Below, in pieces: positions 12,084 through 22,913 of a stretch of DNA of 64,000 bases. The stretch lies in contig BTVY01000004.1 of the NCBI GenBank assembly GCA_045863335.1, forward strand, positions 1 to 64,000. The letters are read 5' to 3'. This stretch comes from Candidatus Hydrogenedentota bacterium. Lineage in GTDB: Bacteria > Hydrogenedentota > Hydrogenedentia > Hydrogenedentales > SLHB01. How positions within the stretch are numbered: the first letter of the stretch is position 1; each line of letters opens with the position of its first letter. A model generated the notes under the pieces. The model saw only the letters and a list, made by a program, of their open reading frames with translations. It had not been told where the DNA came from and did no database searches. A program made the position numbers and the translations under genes.

Positions 12084-12169
12084 AAGCGTATTGACCGGAA
12101 CTACGTCAAGTATAGCGCGTCGGGGGAGCCTGTCAAGACTGGTGCCAAGATCGAAAAGCGGTAGAATTC

Positions 12170-12391
12170 TCAGACTCTCGCATAGCGGTAGACCCCCTTA
12201 ATTCTGTGGGCAAGAAACTGGCCCTTGGAAGGGGCGGTCCGCATCTCGGTATATACGAATTCCGGAACATCATAGTAGTTGTAGAGACCACCGTTGTTAA
12301 ACTCAACAGTAAGAATGAGCGTTGTCGGATCGTGCGCGAAGCGCGCGATGTTCGAGGAATCCGGGGTTTCAATCCATTCCATCTTGTTCAT
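12170..12391 (-). CDS. KTSC-domain protein
   Basis: SSNI....D.....L.VEF.NG.LY.YYDVP..VY......PSKGQF....IKG.Y. Confidence 0.9.
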   Translation of the reverse strand: MNKMEWIETPDSSNIARFAHDPTTLILTVEFNNGGLYNYYDVPEFVYTEMRTAPSKGQFLAHRIKGVYRYARV

Positions 12392-14282
12392 CCTCCGTAT
12401 TTTTGGCGGAAATGGGATGCTCGTAATAAGGCGATTGTTTGCGCCATTGGCGCACTACGGTATCGAAATTGGGAATATCCCGTTTCTGATTCCAGCCTCC
12501 AGGGCCATCGAAACCGTCCCTCTGTAAGCTACCGCGTACAGCCACGCGCGGATCCTCGCTGTCTGGCCGCCGGTGTTTTGGTGGTACATCGATTAATGTT
12601 CGGACCGGCAAGCTGACGGCCTCCCCAACAATGATGGCTTCGCCCGTTCTGAGTACCGGGAGCATATCAAAAAGTCCCTTGAGATTGTCCGAAGCAGCGC
12701 TGGTCACATGACCCCGATCTGTGTCGTTGGCGAGCCGCATAGAGATAAGAGTTCCACATTGGGAGAGAATCGTGGAGTCAATCTCGGATGGGCGCTGACT
12801 GACGATCATCATGCCGACACCGTACTTGCGCCCTTCTTTGGCAATCCGACGCACGGCCGCGGCAGCAGGGCCATTGTCGTGCGTATTTAGGTATGCGTGT
12901 GCCTCTTCGAGAACAATCAAGAGTGGTCGCTCGCGCCCTCCTTCCGGGATATTCCGTGCCCAGAAAATAGCGTCGTAGATGATACGAAGGAGAGCACCAA
13001 TGAGTTTGTCGAGAACGACAGAAGGGATACCCGAAAGATCGAGAATAGAAATTGGAGGAGCACCACCTATCCAATCGAGAAGAAGGGAGTCCAGATCGAT
13101 ACTAGTGCGGCCTGTTTCATCTGGCTTTAAACCACCAGGGTTAAAAAGAAACGAAAAAGATGGATCTCTGAGCTTCCATGCCAAGCCGCTCAATTGCTGG
13201 CGGATCCCAAGAGGATCTCGCCCGTGTTGGACGCGCTCGTGAGCGGGGCCAGTCGTCTTGACGGTGCGGTAAAGCGGTGGTGTGACGGTCATAGGGTCGC
13301 CGATTTGCACCGGTTTGTTGTTTGTCCCAAGCACATAGGCAGGCTCTACCTCGTCTGTACTGCCTCCTGGCCGTGGTATGAGGGTGTGATGCTCTCGTTT
13401 GTGAAGCTCGAACCAGAGCTTGTGGATACAAAATGGAACCGGGGAGTCCACCATAACTTCGTCAGCAGATATGCCCGTTAGCGGGCGCGCTTGCAGGGCA
13501 TCTCTCTTGAGAGAAACGACAAGGTCCGCGACGGAGGCCAATTGGGTGTCATTTAATTTATCAAAGGCAAGCGTGACGAACTCCTCGAATCGTAACGCCC
13601 AGAATGGTATTAGAAGAGGCTTTTCTCCTCGGTCAGAGTTGGCGTTGACTCGAAAGACTGAGCTTCGATCCGCCAATGCGCGTGGATACTCACCGTGAAT
13701 ATCAAGAATGAGGATTCGTGCGGAAGGGTAACGCGTCGGGTCTGAAAGCGAACTTAAAAGTCCTGCAACAGTGGTAGATTTTCCAGCACCGGTAGTGCCA
13801 ACCACAGCGGAATGGCGAGTCACGAGTCTATTGATGTTGACGAGTGCCGGGATGGACTCAGCACTCGCAAGGTGCCCAATCGAGACGTGGTCGTCCGGGT
13901 CACCGGGTCCGTAGATTCCGTGAAGGTCCAGTTCTGTAACTACATGCACGGGGTCATTGATCGTTGGGTGCTGGGAAACGCCACGCTCAAAATGGCCGCC
14001 TCGCGTCGCTTCCCCGACCAGCTGAATACGCAGCCAACGGTTACCGAATGGGTGTGGTTCATTCTCTCGTTGCGGTGCAGCGCCAGCGCCGACTTGCGAG
14101 ACGATGCCATAGAGATTGACGAAACCGAGGGGAATTCGGACGAAGCTGCCAACTTGCCCGACTCTGTAAGCATCACCATGGACAAAAGTAAGCCCCGTGA
14201 CCGTGTCAGCAGCAAGTTCTACCGTAACCGTTGCGCCTTGCACATCCTGGACAGTGCCTATGCGCGAAGGATCATGCGCCAT
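12369..14282 (-). CDS. herA: HerA-like ATPase (SIR2-HerA defence)
   Basis: HAS barrel, RHSAVVGTTGAGKS, LEEAH, RIAKEGRKYG, SQRPSE. Confidence 0.92.
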   Translation of the reverse strand: MAHDPSRIGTVQDVQGATVTVELAADTVTGLTFVHGDAYRVGQVGSFVRIPLGFVNLYGIVSQVGAGAAPQRENEPHPFGNRWLRIQLVGEATRGGHFERGVSQHPTINDPVHVVTELDLHGIYGPGDPDDHVSIGHLASAESIPALVNINRLVTRHSAVVGTTGAGKSTTVAGLLSSLSDPTRYPSARILILDIHGEYPRALADRSSVFRVNANSDRGEKPLLIPFWALRFEEFVTLAFDKLNDTQLASVADLVVSLKRDALQARPLTGISADEVMVDSPVPFCIHKLWFELHKREHHTLIPRPGGSTDEVEPAYVLGTNNKPVQIGDPMTVTPPLYRTVKTTGPAHERVQHGRDPLGIRQQLSGLAWKLRDPSFSFLFNPGGLKPDETGRTSIDLDSLLLDWIGGAPPISILDLSGIPSVVLDKLIGALLRIIYDAIFWARNIPEGGRERPLLIVLEEAHAYLNTHDNGPAAAAVRRIAKEGRKYGVGMMIVSQRPSEIDSTILSQCGTLISMRLANDTDRGHVTSAASDNLKGLFDMLPVLRTGEAIIVGEAVSLPVRTLIDVPPKHRRPDSEDPRVAVRGSLQRDGFDGPGGWNQKRDIPNFDTVVRQWRKQSPYYEHPISAKNTEDEQDGMD

Positions 14283-15510
14283 CGTCGCCTCGCAAATTTG
14301 GGCCTTGCTGAGACAGTTGCCATGACAAAAAGCTTCCAAGCGCGTTGAAGTCGCCCAAGAGAAATTTGCACGAGCTGGATGCCGCGGACGTATCGCGTTG
14401 GACACCGTCTACCGAAACGGCAATAGAATGCAATGGATGGTCCGCCCTTGGTGTGGAGTGCCAGTCGCGTTCAAAAGTGCCGAAGATGGCTCCATCAAGG
14501 GCCACTAGGCGAAAGTTTGGATGGAGTCGTATTTGCTGGCGGACATCATCCGAAAGGGATGTACGGTCCTGATAGAGTAGCCCGAAGCAAACGGCATTCG
14601 GATTGCTGTTCAAGCCATCCATAATAACTTCGTTAAGATGCTGGTCGGAAAACGAGTACCCGCAGGTGACAAGAACGGCCTGTCCCGAAGCAAGGAATTT
14701 CCGTAGGCGGTCCAGCATGGCTAGGTATGGCATGCGACGGCTTTGGTCGTACTTAAGATGGGAGGGATAAATCATTTGGCGAGATTCCGTGTCCTCCACT
14801 TTTTCTCGGCGTTGAACATGGCCATTGGGGATGCGCCACCAATTGATTGAACCATGAAGTTTCCAGAGTCGTGCCCATCGTGGGGGCAGTAGATCATGGT
14901 CCATATCGGTAGATTTCAAATCGAAGAATGGGTGGCTGGATCCCACGAACCCATCAAAAAATGGGACTCGTCGTTCTTCAAGTGCCTGCTCAAGCAAGAG
15001 GTCGTAATTGGTAGTGAATAGTTCGACGGGCGTACGTCTTTCTATAGCGCCTATCCATGCAGCGAGTTGATGATAGGCTGTGTTTTCATGCGCGAGACGG
15101 ACAGAAACAGCCTCCGTGGTGAGGCGACAGATTTCTCGGTCTAGGGCTTCTAGGGTGTCTTTTCCCGTTCCGTCGATTCCGTTTGCGCCAGCAACGTCAA
15201 TTAAGGTGCGTACTAGAGTAAGGATGTCCTCTATGGTCGGTGGTTCTTGGTTGGGTAGCAAAAGGCGGTTTTGTACGACAGCAAAGGATGAGGAGAATTG
15301 AGAATCGCCGTTCAGTGACTGGATGACTTGCTGGGTGAGTCCTGCAACATCGGGAATGAGAGGAATTGCACAACCGGCGCCCAGGAAGAATGCGACGCGC
15401 ATTTTATCGGGGGCGAGTGCTTGCTGGAGAAGTGAAGCCTGCCTATATGGACAATGCGTCGGTTCAGGTGAAGCGGTATCGGTTGGTTGAGAGAGTGTTT
15501 CCGTGCTCAC
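14272..15510 (-). CDS. SIR2-family NADase-like protein
   Basis: FFLGAGC, FTTNYDLLLE, WKLHGSINW, GYSFSD.H. Confidence 0.92.
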   Translation of the reverse strand: MSTETLSQPTDTASPEPTHCPYRQASLLQQALAPDKMRVAFFLGAGCAIPLIPDVAGLTQQVIQSLNGDSQFSSSFAVVQNRLLLPNQEPPTIEDILTLVRTLIDVAGANGIDGTGKDTLEALDREICRLTTEAVSVRLAHENTAYHQLAAWIGAIERRTPVELFTTNYDLLLEQALEERRVPFFDGFVGSSHPFFDLKSTDMDHDLLPPRWARLWKLHGSINWWRIPNGHVQRREKVEDTESRQMIYPSHLKYDQSRRMPYLAMLDRLRKFLASGQAVLVTCGYSFSDQHLNEVIMDGLNSNPNAVCFGLLYQDRTSLSDDVRQQIRLHPNFRLVALDGAIFGTFERDWHSTPRADHPLHSIAVSVDGVQRDTSAASSSCKFLLGDFNALGSFLSWQLSQQGPNLRGDDGA

Positions 15511-16784
15511 GACTTGGTAACCTCGTCCGGTGCTTCAAGCGCTGGTAAGGCAATCCCTTCGATTTCCTGTAGTGATTTTCCGGCGATACCCTGCAAGTCG
15601 CCATACATCCCAACCGTCGCTTGAATGACGCGATCAATTTGTTCTTGACGCTTTGCCCATTGCTTCATGATGGCTCTCTTCTCCTTGTCGAGGTCCTCCT
15701 GCATTGAGGAAAAGGCCTCGGCAATAGCTTGAACGCGCTGGCGGAAGCGGGGGCCTGTGAGGTACTGGTAAACCATCTCCATCTTGGTCTGTTGGCCTTC
15801 GATGGCTTGGCGTGCCATGGCCACTTCGGTCAGGGTGTGCCGCAACGAGAGAGCGACCGGTAGGACGGCGCGGGGATGGACAACCCAGACGCCGTCCTTA
15901 AGGTCGAACGAGTCGATGTCCTTGGGAAGCGCCTGGCTGACGATCACGGCTATTTCGGCTTTGGCCGCACGTTGGTCGTCCCGGAGTTTGGAAAGCCAAC
16001 CGTCGCTCCAATTCTTGGTCCGTTTGGACTCCCAGAGAATTGTGCCGCAGGTCAGGCCGACAGGTGTCATTACGCAATGCAGGACATCGCCGCCAAACTC
16101 GCCCTTGGGTACAGGGGTAATCGTGTCCATGGGAAACCGGGCTGCAAGCACAGCCTCCAGTTCGAGTTCTTGAACCTCGCCCTGTAATTGTTGAGAGCCT
16201 TGCTCGGCCTTTCGCTTGAGTTCTTCAATCTGCTTCTGCATCGAGGTGATAGTCTGTTCCTTCTCCATCACCTTGAGCTTGAGCGATTCCTCGGCCTCTT
16301 TTCGGGCCTGCTCCCGAGTGGCGTCAAGGCTCTCCTGCACCCGTTTCTCGACGGTGAGTTCAAGTTCACGTTTGGCATCGTCCAGTTCGCGTTTGGCTCG
16401 GATGAGTTCGGCCTGGGCCTTTTGGGCCTCGGCAAGCTTCGCATCGCGTTCTTGCAGGACATCCTGGAGATCGGAGATCTCTTTGGTCTTCTGCTCGATG
16501 TCGGTCGCCAGGGCCAGCTTGGCCTTCTTGGCCTCTTCTGCGGCGATCTTGGTGCGCTCCTGGCGCAGTTTCTCGGTAACTAAGTCCTCGATGGATTCCT
16601 TCTGCTTTTCGAGGTTCTCCTCGCGCTCACGTAGAACAGCCTCACGCCTGGCCACGTCGGCGTCTTTCTTTGCGAGGCGTTGCTCATACTCGTGGCGTGT
16701 GGCCTCGATGAGGGGAGCAGCGAGCGATTCCGTGAGTTTGATTTCGTACTGGCATTGCGGACAAGTGATGGTCGGCTCGGTCAT
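15507..16784 (-). CDS. DUF2130-family coiled-coil protein
   Basis: N-terminal CPQC, long coiled coil, GSQQLQGEVQELELE, ILWESKRTKNWSDGWL.KL. Confidence 0.88.
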   Translation of the reverse strand: MTEPTITCPQCQYEIKLTESLAAPLIEATRHEYEQRLAKKDADVARREAVLREREENLEKQKESIEDLVTEKLRQERTKIAAEEAKKAKLALATDIEQKTKEISDLQDVLQERDAKLAEAQKAQAELIRAKRELDDAKRELELTVEKRVQESLDATREQARKEAEESLKLKVMEKEQTITSMQKQIEELKRKAEQGSQQLQGEVQELELEAVLAARFPMDTITPVPKGEFGGDVLHCVMTPVGLTCGTILWESKRTKNWSDGWLSKLRDDQRAAKAEIAVIVSQALPKDIDSFDLKDGVWVVHPRAVLPVALSLRHTLTEVAMARQAIEGQQTKMEMVYQYLTGPRFRQRVQAIAEAFSSMQEDLDKEKRAIMKQWAKRQEQIDRVIQATVGMYGDLQGIAGKSLQEIEGIALPALEAPDEVTKS

Positions 16785-17009
16785 GGATGCCTCCTGATCC
16801 ACATAGGCGTGCCATGATGCCATGAACAACTCTCACGACTCAGAAATCCCCCCAAAAAAGCAACCGTCTAGGGTTCTACTTCATAAGGTCCCAAATTTCG
16901 TCTTGGACTACCTCGTAATTCGCACGCTGGAAGACGACGTACGTAACTATACTCCAGAAGCTCACAGTAGGGAAACGAACGACCTTTATCCCGGTTGGAT
17001 CATTCGATA

Positions 17010-20000
17010 TCACTTATCTACGCTCTTTCGCTTCAATGCCTGTAACACCACACGCGAAATCGCTCTACGCCGATCTTTCTGCTCATCCGAGGGCAGAGTT
17101 TGGTAATTCACGTTAACTCGGTACCCCCGAATCATGGTGTCGTGTGACGCACCTTTCGCCTCCCGGTCCTGGAGAACCTGAAGGAATTCCGCCGGATCGC
17201 AGAATGATACCTTGACCTGCTCTGCTCCGGACATGGATTCTTCCACTGCATTCCGAACGCGGCCCAGTTTCTTGGCGTCCGTCGCGATGGCGAAGACTTG
17301 GCCGATGCCCGCGTCCAGACATTTGCGAATATTCTGCACTTCATGTTCTGGCATCGTGGTCACGGAAATCTCACAAGCGATCGTAGCCCCGTCCTTTTCG
17401 AGCAAGACATCCACGCTACCACCATTTTCGAGCGGCTTCTCTATCGTCGCGCGATACCCGAGTCCCTCTGCCCATCGCTTGATCAACTGTTGCACGTACC
17501 GGTGTTCCGGCCCACCTTTCCCCATCACCTTTGAAGTGGGAAGTGCGCGAGCTCTTGGTATAGGTGGTGCTTCGGGGGCCGTCACCGGTAAACGAGACTC
17601 CGGTTCTTCTACCGCTACGCTGCGCGGCTCAGTGGGCGGTGGTGCTGTTATGGGAGCGTTCGCAGGCTTGGAAAATTTTGCGTCCTGTGCGAGCGAATCC
17701 CGCAGGACCCGCTCCACGTCCACTCTTGGCATCGCGTAGCGCTCGCGGGACTGGGCTAAAAGGCGCTCCATTCGCTCCCGTGCCTGGGAATCGGGCGTTG
17801 GAGCGGCAAACGTCCGGAGGTTGAAATCGTGGCGTGCCTGTTCAAAGCGAACCAACGCTTCCCCTGTACCAAGATTCAGAAGATCCGCAGGCGTGAACGA
17901 GCTAAATCCGTCGGCAAGACGTTTCGCGTCCGGTTCTCCAACCCGGAAACATACTCGCGCGTAGGGGTTCGCCAAAACCGCATGCGCCACCTCGGGCGAC
18001 TGTTTCTCCAATTGCCGCAACTCCTGATGAGCCAGAACCAACCCAAGCCGGTACTTCCGGGCTCCGGTCAGAATGGAAGCCATGGATGGGGTGGCGACGT
18101 TGTGGAATTCGTCGATATAGAGGTAGAAGGGGCGGCGCTCGGATTCCTGCATGCCTTGACGACTCAACGCGATCTGATGGAATTTGGAGACCAGGAAGGT
18201 TCCCAGAAGGTATGCGTTCTCTTCGCCGATTAGGCCCTGGGGCAGCCGGGCCAGGAACACCTTACCCTCATTCATAATCGCGCCGAAGTCCAAACGGTTT
18301 TCTCGTTGACAGACGATGTTCCGGATTACCTTCGGCCGGAGGAAAGCATCCAGACGGGTCAGAATAGAGCCGTGTGGCCGGCCGGACAAGAGCGGATACT
18401 CGCGTTGCCAGTAGTAGGCGATACTCGGATCGTCTACTATCCTCAAGAATGTATTGCGATAGTCCTTCTCCAACAAGAACCGGCGCAAATCGGCGAGTGT
18501 GCCGCCTTCTTTGCTCTCCAGGAACGCAAGCACTGCGTTAGCCAAGACCGTCGTCATCTGGTCGCCCCAACTGGTGGATTGCCGGCGGAAGACAGCCACC
18601 AAGTCCGAGGCCATTAGATCCCGTTCCAGTTCGGAGTGGGCGCTGAGGATGTTGAAGCCAATGGGATACTCGGCATCGGCGGGATCGAACACGATCACGT
18701 CATCCACCCGGTGTTCCGGTATCCGAAGCAGCACTTCATCAACGAGATCACCGTGAGGATCGAGGAGGGCGAGTCCATTCCCTCGCTCCAAATCCTGAAC
18801 GATAAGGTTGAGCAGAAGCGTGCTCTTACCCGTGCCGGACGCGCCAATCACGTACATGTGCCGGATTCGCTGCGCATCGTCCAGAGTCACTTCTGTTCGC
18901 TCGCCGTGGTGGACGTTTTCGCCCAGGATGACGCCCCGGCCTTCGCGGATAGCGGGCGGGGCTTTGGTGTGCGAATCCGCGCGCATGAGGCGTTCACAGC
19001 GAATGGATGGGCTGGGCGGATGAACGAAACCAACCAACTCCTCGACATTCAGAATCATCCCCTGGCGCCTGCTTCGCCGGCACAGGAGATCCTCGACGTG
19101 GTCCACGTCATAGTAACCGTCGTTGTCCAGCGGGATCAGTTCGTTACTGGCGGGGTCGCTGAATTGCCGCAAGACGCCACCCACGGATCGCGCGATATCC
19201 CAAGCGCGGGAAGAATCCGGCGCAGATACACCCAATCGCAGAACCGCTGAATACAGTGGCGTGGACACCTTGCTCCGTGCCAAGGACAGCATCTCCGGCG
19301 CATCCGCGAAGAAACACCCGCCGCCGCCGTCCGATACGGCCCTGAGGATATTGGCAGCCCAGGAGAACGTACACGGCTGAAAGAGAACCTGGAACACGGC
19401 CAATTCTTCATCGCGGAGTCCATCAAAGCTCGCCACCACTCCCAACAAGGGATCGGGCTCCAGAGAACTAAATGTGCGCAGCGGCCGGATGAACTCATTG
19501 GATAGACCAAAGTCCACGCAAAGGATATCGTTGTATTCCCGAGAATGCCAAAGGTCCTCCAGAGGCTCTGCGCTGGGGAGAGTCACGGCGGCGGGCAGGT
19601 GCGCGCGGAGTTGAGGAAGGAGCGTATGCGAGTCTATCGGGCGACAAGTGTACTGATACCAGATGGCATCCTTTGTCCCGATGATTTCAAATGCAATGGG
19701 CCAAGGCAGCGAGGAAAGACTCACGAGCAATTGAGTGGCGATGGTCTTGGATGTAGCTGAGTCCGCGGGCACCAAAAGCCGATGTTCGTCGACGAAATCT
19801 CCATAGACCACCGGATACGGTCCGGGTTCGAGCGGATGGGAGATATCCGCCTGAAGACTTGTAAGCTCCGGTCCTCTCGGGTTCGAGGTGAACAACCCAT
19901 CGACAATCTTGCTGAGAAACGTGGGCCGTCTGCCGTCGTCCAGTACCGGTTGGGTCTGTGGTAGGTAGTAGTATATCGGCCGGAACGGTGGTTCCAAGTC

Positions 20001-20138
20001 TACCGGCTCATCCCAGACCAGCCACCCGCGGCCCCGGCATTCCCACTCATAGAACTGCTGGGTAAGCTGCTCGGCCAGCGTCAGCCGGACGGGCATTGCC
20101 GGTACCGGGAGATTTTGCCCCTCGCCCATGATCCCCAC
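17010..20138 (-). CDS. VirD4/TrwB-like ATPase with C-terminal PD-(D/E)xK-like domain
   Basis: HMYVIGASGTGKS, LDPHGDL, YIDEFHN, ARKYRL.L.LAHQ; Pro-rich linker then VDVLLEKDG..IACEIS. Confidence 0.8.
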   Translation of the reverse strand: MGIMGEGQNLPVPAMPVRLTLAEQLTQQFYEWECRGRGWLVWDEPVDLEPPFRPIYYYLPQTQPVLDDGRRPTFLSKIVDGLFTSNPRGPELTSLQADISHPLEPGPYPVVYGDFVDEHRLLVPADSATSKTIATQLLVSLSSLPWPIAFEIIGTKDAIWYQYTCRPIDSHTLLPQLRAHLPAAVTLPSAEPLEDLWHSREYNDILCVDFGLSNEFIRPLRTFSSLEPDPLLGVVASFDGLRDEELAVFQVLFQPCTFSWAANILRAVSDGGGGCFFADAPEMLSLARSKVSTPLYSAVLRLGVSAPDSSRAWDIARSVGGVLRQFSDPASNELIPLDNDGYYDVDHVEDLLCRRSRRQGMILNVEELVGFVHPPSPSIRCERLMRADSHTKAPPAIREGRGVILGENVHHGERTEVTLDDAQRIRHMYVIGASGTGKSTLLLNLIVQDLERGNGLALLDPHGDLVDEVLLRIPEHRVDDVIVFDPADAEYPIGFNILSAHSELERDLMASDLVAVFRRQSTSWGDQMTTVLANAVLAFLESKEGGTLADLRRFLLEKDYRNTFLRIVDDPSIAYYWQREYPLLSGRPHGSILTRLDAFLRPKVIRNIVCQRENRLDFGAIMNEGKVFLARLPQGLIGEENAYLLGTFLVSKFHQIALSRQGMQESERRPFYLYIDEFHNVATPSMASILTGARKYRLGLVLAHQELRQLEKQSPEVAHAVLANPYARVCFRVGEPDAKRLADGFSSFTPADLLNLGTGEALVRFEQARHDFNLRTFAAPTPDSQARERMERLLAQSRERYAMPRVDVERVLRDSLAQDAKFSKPANAPITAPPPTEPRSVAVEEPESRLPVTAPEAPPIPRARALPTSKVMGKGGPEHRYVQQLIKRWAEGLGYRATIEKPLENGGSVDVLLEKDGATIACEISVTTMPEHEVQNIRKCLDAGIGQVFAIATDAKKLGRVRNAVEESMSGAEQVKVSFCDPAEFLQVLQDREAKGASHDTMIRGYRVNVNYQTLPSDEQKDRRRAISRVVLQALKRKSVDK

Positions 20139-20142
20139 ACCC

Positions 20143-20637
20143 CTAGAAATTGCGCATGATCGGCTTTCGTTCCGTCTCGGTTAGCCCGCGGACGCCTTTG
20201 GCGGACGTAATCTTGTCCAGCACCTCGGTAATCGCGCTATGTACCGCCTGCTGGAACATGAGTGCGGTGTCAATCTTATAGTATGTGACGGGGCGGACCA
20301 GTAGCCCGGCGATCAGATTCAAACCGGGAATCGCCGATAGGAGCATGAGGCAACCGTCGGCTCTGCTGCTTAGCCACCAGGAGACAAAGAAGCCATTTCC
20401 GAAGGGTGCGCCGCAGATGTCGAAGATATGGTCCTTTCGAAGTACCCGCAAGTAGATGCGCTTGGCCGAAAACACGCCGCCTTCTTGCATGGTGATTTTC
20501 GTTGTTCGCACGTCCGGGATGTTGCGAGCTTTGATTGCCGTATCAATTTGCTCGTAGAGATCCTGGGAAGAGAACTGGAGATCGTCGAACACGTGGTGCC
20601 AGTGCGAAATCACATCGGTCAGTTGCGAGTCTGCCAT
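20143..20637 (-). CDS. Hypothetical membrane-associated protein
   Basis: Between the two ATPases in an operon; hydrophobic hairpin CLMLLSAIPGLNLIAGLLV. Confidence 0.7.
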   Translation of the reverse strand: MADSQLTDVISHWHHVFDDLQFSSQDLYEQIDTAIKARNIPDVRTTKITMQEGGVFSAKRIYLRVLRKDHIFDICGAPFGNGFFVSWWLSSRADGCLMLLSAIPGLNLIAGLLVRPVTYYKIDTALMFQQAVHSAITEVLDKITSAKGVRGLTETERKPIMRNF

Positions 20638-20714
20638 GGGTCATCCCTCCGCTTGAGTAGCCCCTGTGCCCAGGTGAGAGTCTAGTACAGAAGGAGCTAG
20701 AAAGTAAAGAACTA

Positions 20715-21926
20715 TTACGGAGTCTGTACGCTTAGAGGGCTTGCGCCCCGAGCCATGGGATCAAGCGTTTCGGCGCTGAAGGGGCGAGACGCGGTTCCGT
20801 CTATCATCATGCGCAGGTAGATATGCCGATTCGCTAAATTGGCGAAATCGGACTGCTTGAAGGTGGGATAGAACTCCTGTGCGAGTACTTCCGCGTCTGT
20901 ATTGCCCAGTCTGAACGCAACCAGTGTCCCAACATTTCCAACGATTGCTTCATAAACAGCGGGGTCCAATTGACCCAGATACTGATGAGCCAAGACCATG
21001 CCTACCCTGTATTTGCGTAATTCAGAAAGCATCGTGACAAAGGCCTGTGAGGTGAAGGACTGGAATTCGTCCAGGTAGGCAAAGAACGGAGGGCGTTCAC
21101 TCTCGGTCACTTCCGCGCGGCTCAGGGCCGCCAGATTGATCCGGGATACCAACAGCGACCCCAGCAAAGAAGAGGTGTCCTCTCCGATCCGGCCTTTGGC
21201 CAGGTTCACGAGGAGGATTTTCCCTTCATCTAGAACGGGTCGCAGGAGCAAACTCGATTGTTTGTTTCCCAGGATTCGTTGCAACACCGGGTCTGCCAGA
21301 AACGCTCCCACCTTGTTCTGGACGGGTGCGATGGCCTCCGCCTGGAGACGAGGTGGGTACTTTGGAAATTCCTCCAGCCAGAACCGGCGGACCTGGGAGT
21401 TGGAAACATGTCTGATGGCATCAGAGCGGTACTCGCGGTCCTCGAAGAGGCGGAGGATGTCGAATAAGGTGGCATCTTGCTGCTCTAGGAGCGCGAAAAT
21501 CGCATTGCGGAGCAGATGCTCAAGCCGCGGTCCCCAGGAGTCGGCCCAAAGTTTCTTGAAGGCGTCCAGCATTCCGCCTGCGGCCAAACCGCGCCTGGGA
21601 GCTGACACGTGCTGGAGTGGATTGAAGGTGACGCGATTAGCGGGATCAGGCACATTGAAGTCTATGAGGTCCTGCCGTCTCCGGTCTGGGATGACTTGCT
21701 TCACGTGGTCAATCAATTCTCCGTGCGGATCGAGGACGGCCACTCCACGCCCGGCGACGGTGTCCTGCCAAATCAGGTTCTCCAATAACGTCGATTTACC
21801 TACGCCGGTCTTGCCGATGACGTACATGTGGGACAGCCGATCCGCCTGCCGGATGCCAAATACCTGCCGTTTGTTTCGGTACGTCGTTTGGGCGAAGTAC
21901 GAGATGTCGCCGGTTGGGTCCAGCAT
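20715..21926 (-). CDS. Second VirD4/TrwB-like ATPase
   Basis: HMYVIGKTGVGKS, LDPHGEL, YLDEFQ, SELRKYRVGMVLAHQY. Confidence 0.85.
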   Translation of the reverse strand: MLDPTGDISYFAQTTYRNKRQVFGIRQADRLSHMYVIGKTGVGKSTLLENLIWQDTVAGRGVAVLDPHGELIDHVKQVIPDRRRQDLIDFNVPDPANRVTFNPLQHVSAPRRGLAAGGMLDAFKKLWADSWGPRLEHLLRNAIFALLEQQDATLFDILRLFEDREYRSDAIRHVSNSQVRRFWLEEFPKYPPRLQAEAIAPVQNKVGAFLADPVLQRILGNKQSSLLLRPVLDEGKILLVNLAKGRIGEDTSSLLGSLLVSRINLAALSRAEVTESERPPFFAYLDEFQSFTSQAFVTMLSELRKYRVGMVLAHQYLGQLDPAVYEAIVGNVGTLVAFRLGNTDAEVLAQEFYPTFKQSDFANLANRHIYLRMMIDGTASRPFSAETLDPMARGASPLSVQTP

Positions 21927-22081
21927 GTCCCTAGCGTGACATTGCTCAACCCCTCTCGCGAGGCGCTCCGGCTTGTCTTACCGCGCCAATTCCGCCCTCT
22001 ACCTGAACTCCTCTCCCTCCCGCAAGCTGTGTTCAGTTATTGGTCTTTCACTTCTACCCAGAACACAAGGAGAGCAGAACC

Positions 22082-22909
22082 ATGTCGATTTCAGCCACTG
22101 AACACGGCAACCATCGCGGGAACCAGGCGGCGCCGTTCGTCACTATCCCGCACGCCCAAGGGTATACGGTCTATGCGGCCGATAACCCCAGCAATGCGTT
22201 TCAGGTGTCCGGGAGCCCGGACAACCCAAGCTGCACCTGTACCGATTTTCGAGCCCATCCGCCTCATCTGCGGTACCGCTGTCCCCACATCTATGCGGTA
22301 TTCCGGGATGTCGGGAACGGGAGCGCGAATCCGCCGGTACAGCCTGCACCTGTCCCGGCGAGCAAGTCAGGCACGATTGTACCGCTGACGCTTTCCGAAG
22401 GCATCGGCATGGTGCTCAAGCGAAGCGTCAGCCCGGACCGTAGGATCGATTCATTATCTGTCGAGTTGACGGTTCCGCCGGAAGTTCTTGTGGACAAGGA
22501 TATCGATGAGGTGGCCATGGCGGTCCTAAACCGTCAGGATGCCATTGTCTCAGCGTTTCTGGACTCCCGTAGCCCAGACACGGCAAGGCAGGGTTCAGAA
22601 GCCCATTCTGAGCCTTCTAGCCCCGTCGATGCCGTGCTCCGTGACGTGGGCGGCATGCAAACCCGCCTGGGCTGGCGTTACTTCATCAACGTGGCCGTCG
22701 GCGACAAGGTGTACAAGCTTTTCGGCACCCGCAAGCAATTGGCCGAAAAGCTCATGGCCGCCGGATGCGCAAGCTACGCCAACAACATCACCAAGGGGGC
22801 TGTTTTCAACGCCCGGTGCGCGGCGGTATTGGCCCCAAGTGAAGATGGTAAGTACGTGAATGTCGAGACCATCCTGCCGTGGGCGCCTCCGAACGGAAAT
22901 GGGAGGTAG
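22082..22909 (+). CDS. SWIM Zn-finger-containing hypothetical protein
   Basis: CTCTDF...CPHI motif; RBS aaggag. Confidence 0.7.
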   Translation: MSISATEHGNHRGNQAAPFVTIPHAQGYTVYAADNPSNAFQVSGSPDNPSCTCTDFRAHPPHLRYRCPHIYAVFRDVGNGSANPPVQPAPVPASKSGTIVPLTLSEGIGMVLKRSVSPDRRIDSLSVELTVPPEVLVDKDIDEVAMAVLNRQDAIVSAFLDSRSPDTARQGSEAHSEPSSPVDAVLRDVGGMQTRLGWRYFINVAVGDKVYKLFGTRKQLAEKLMAAGCASYANNITKGAVFNARCAAVLAPSEDGKYVNVETILPWAPPNGNGR

Positions 22910-22913
22910 CGCC

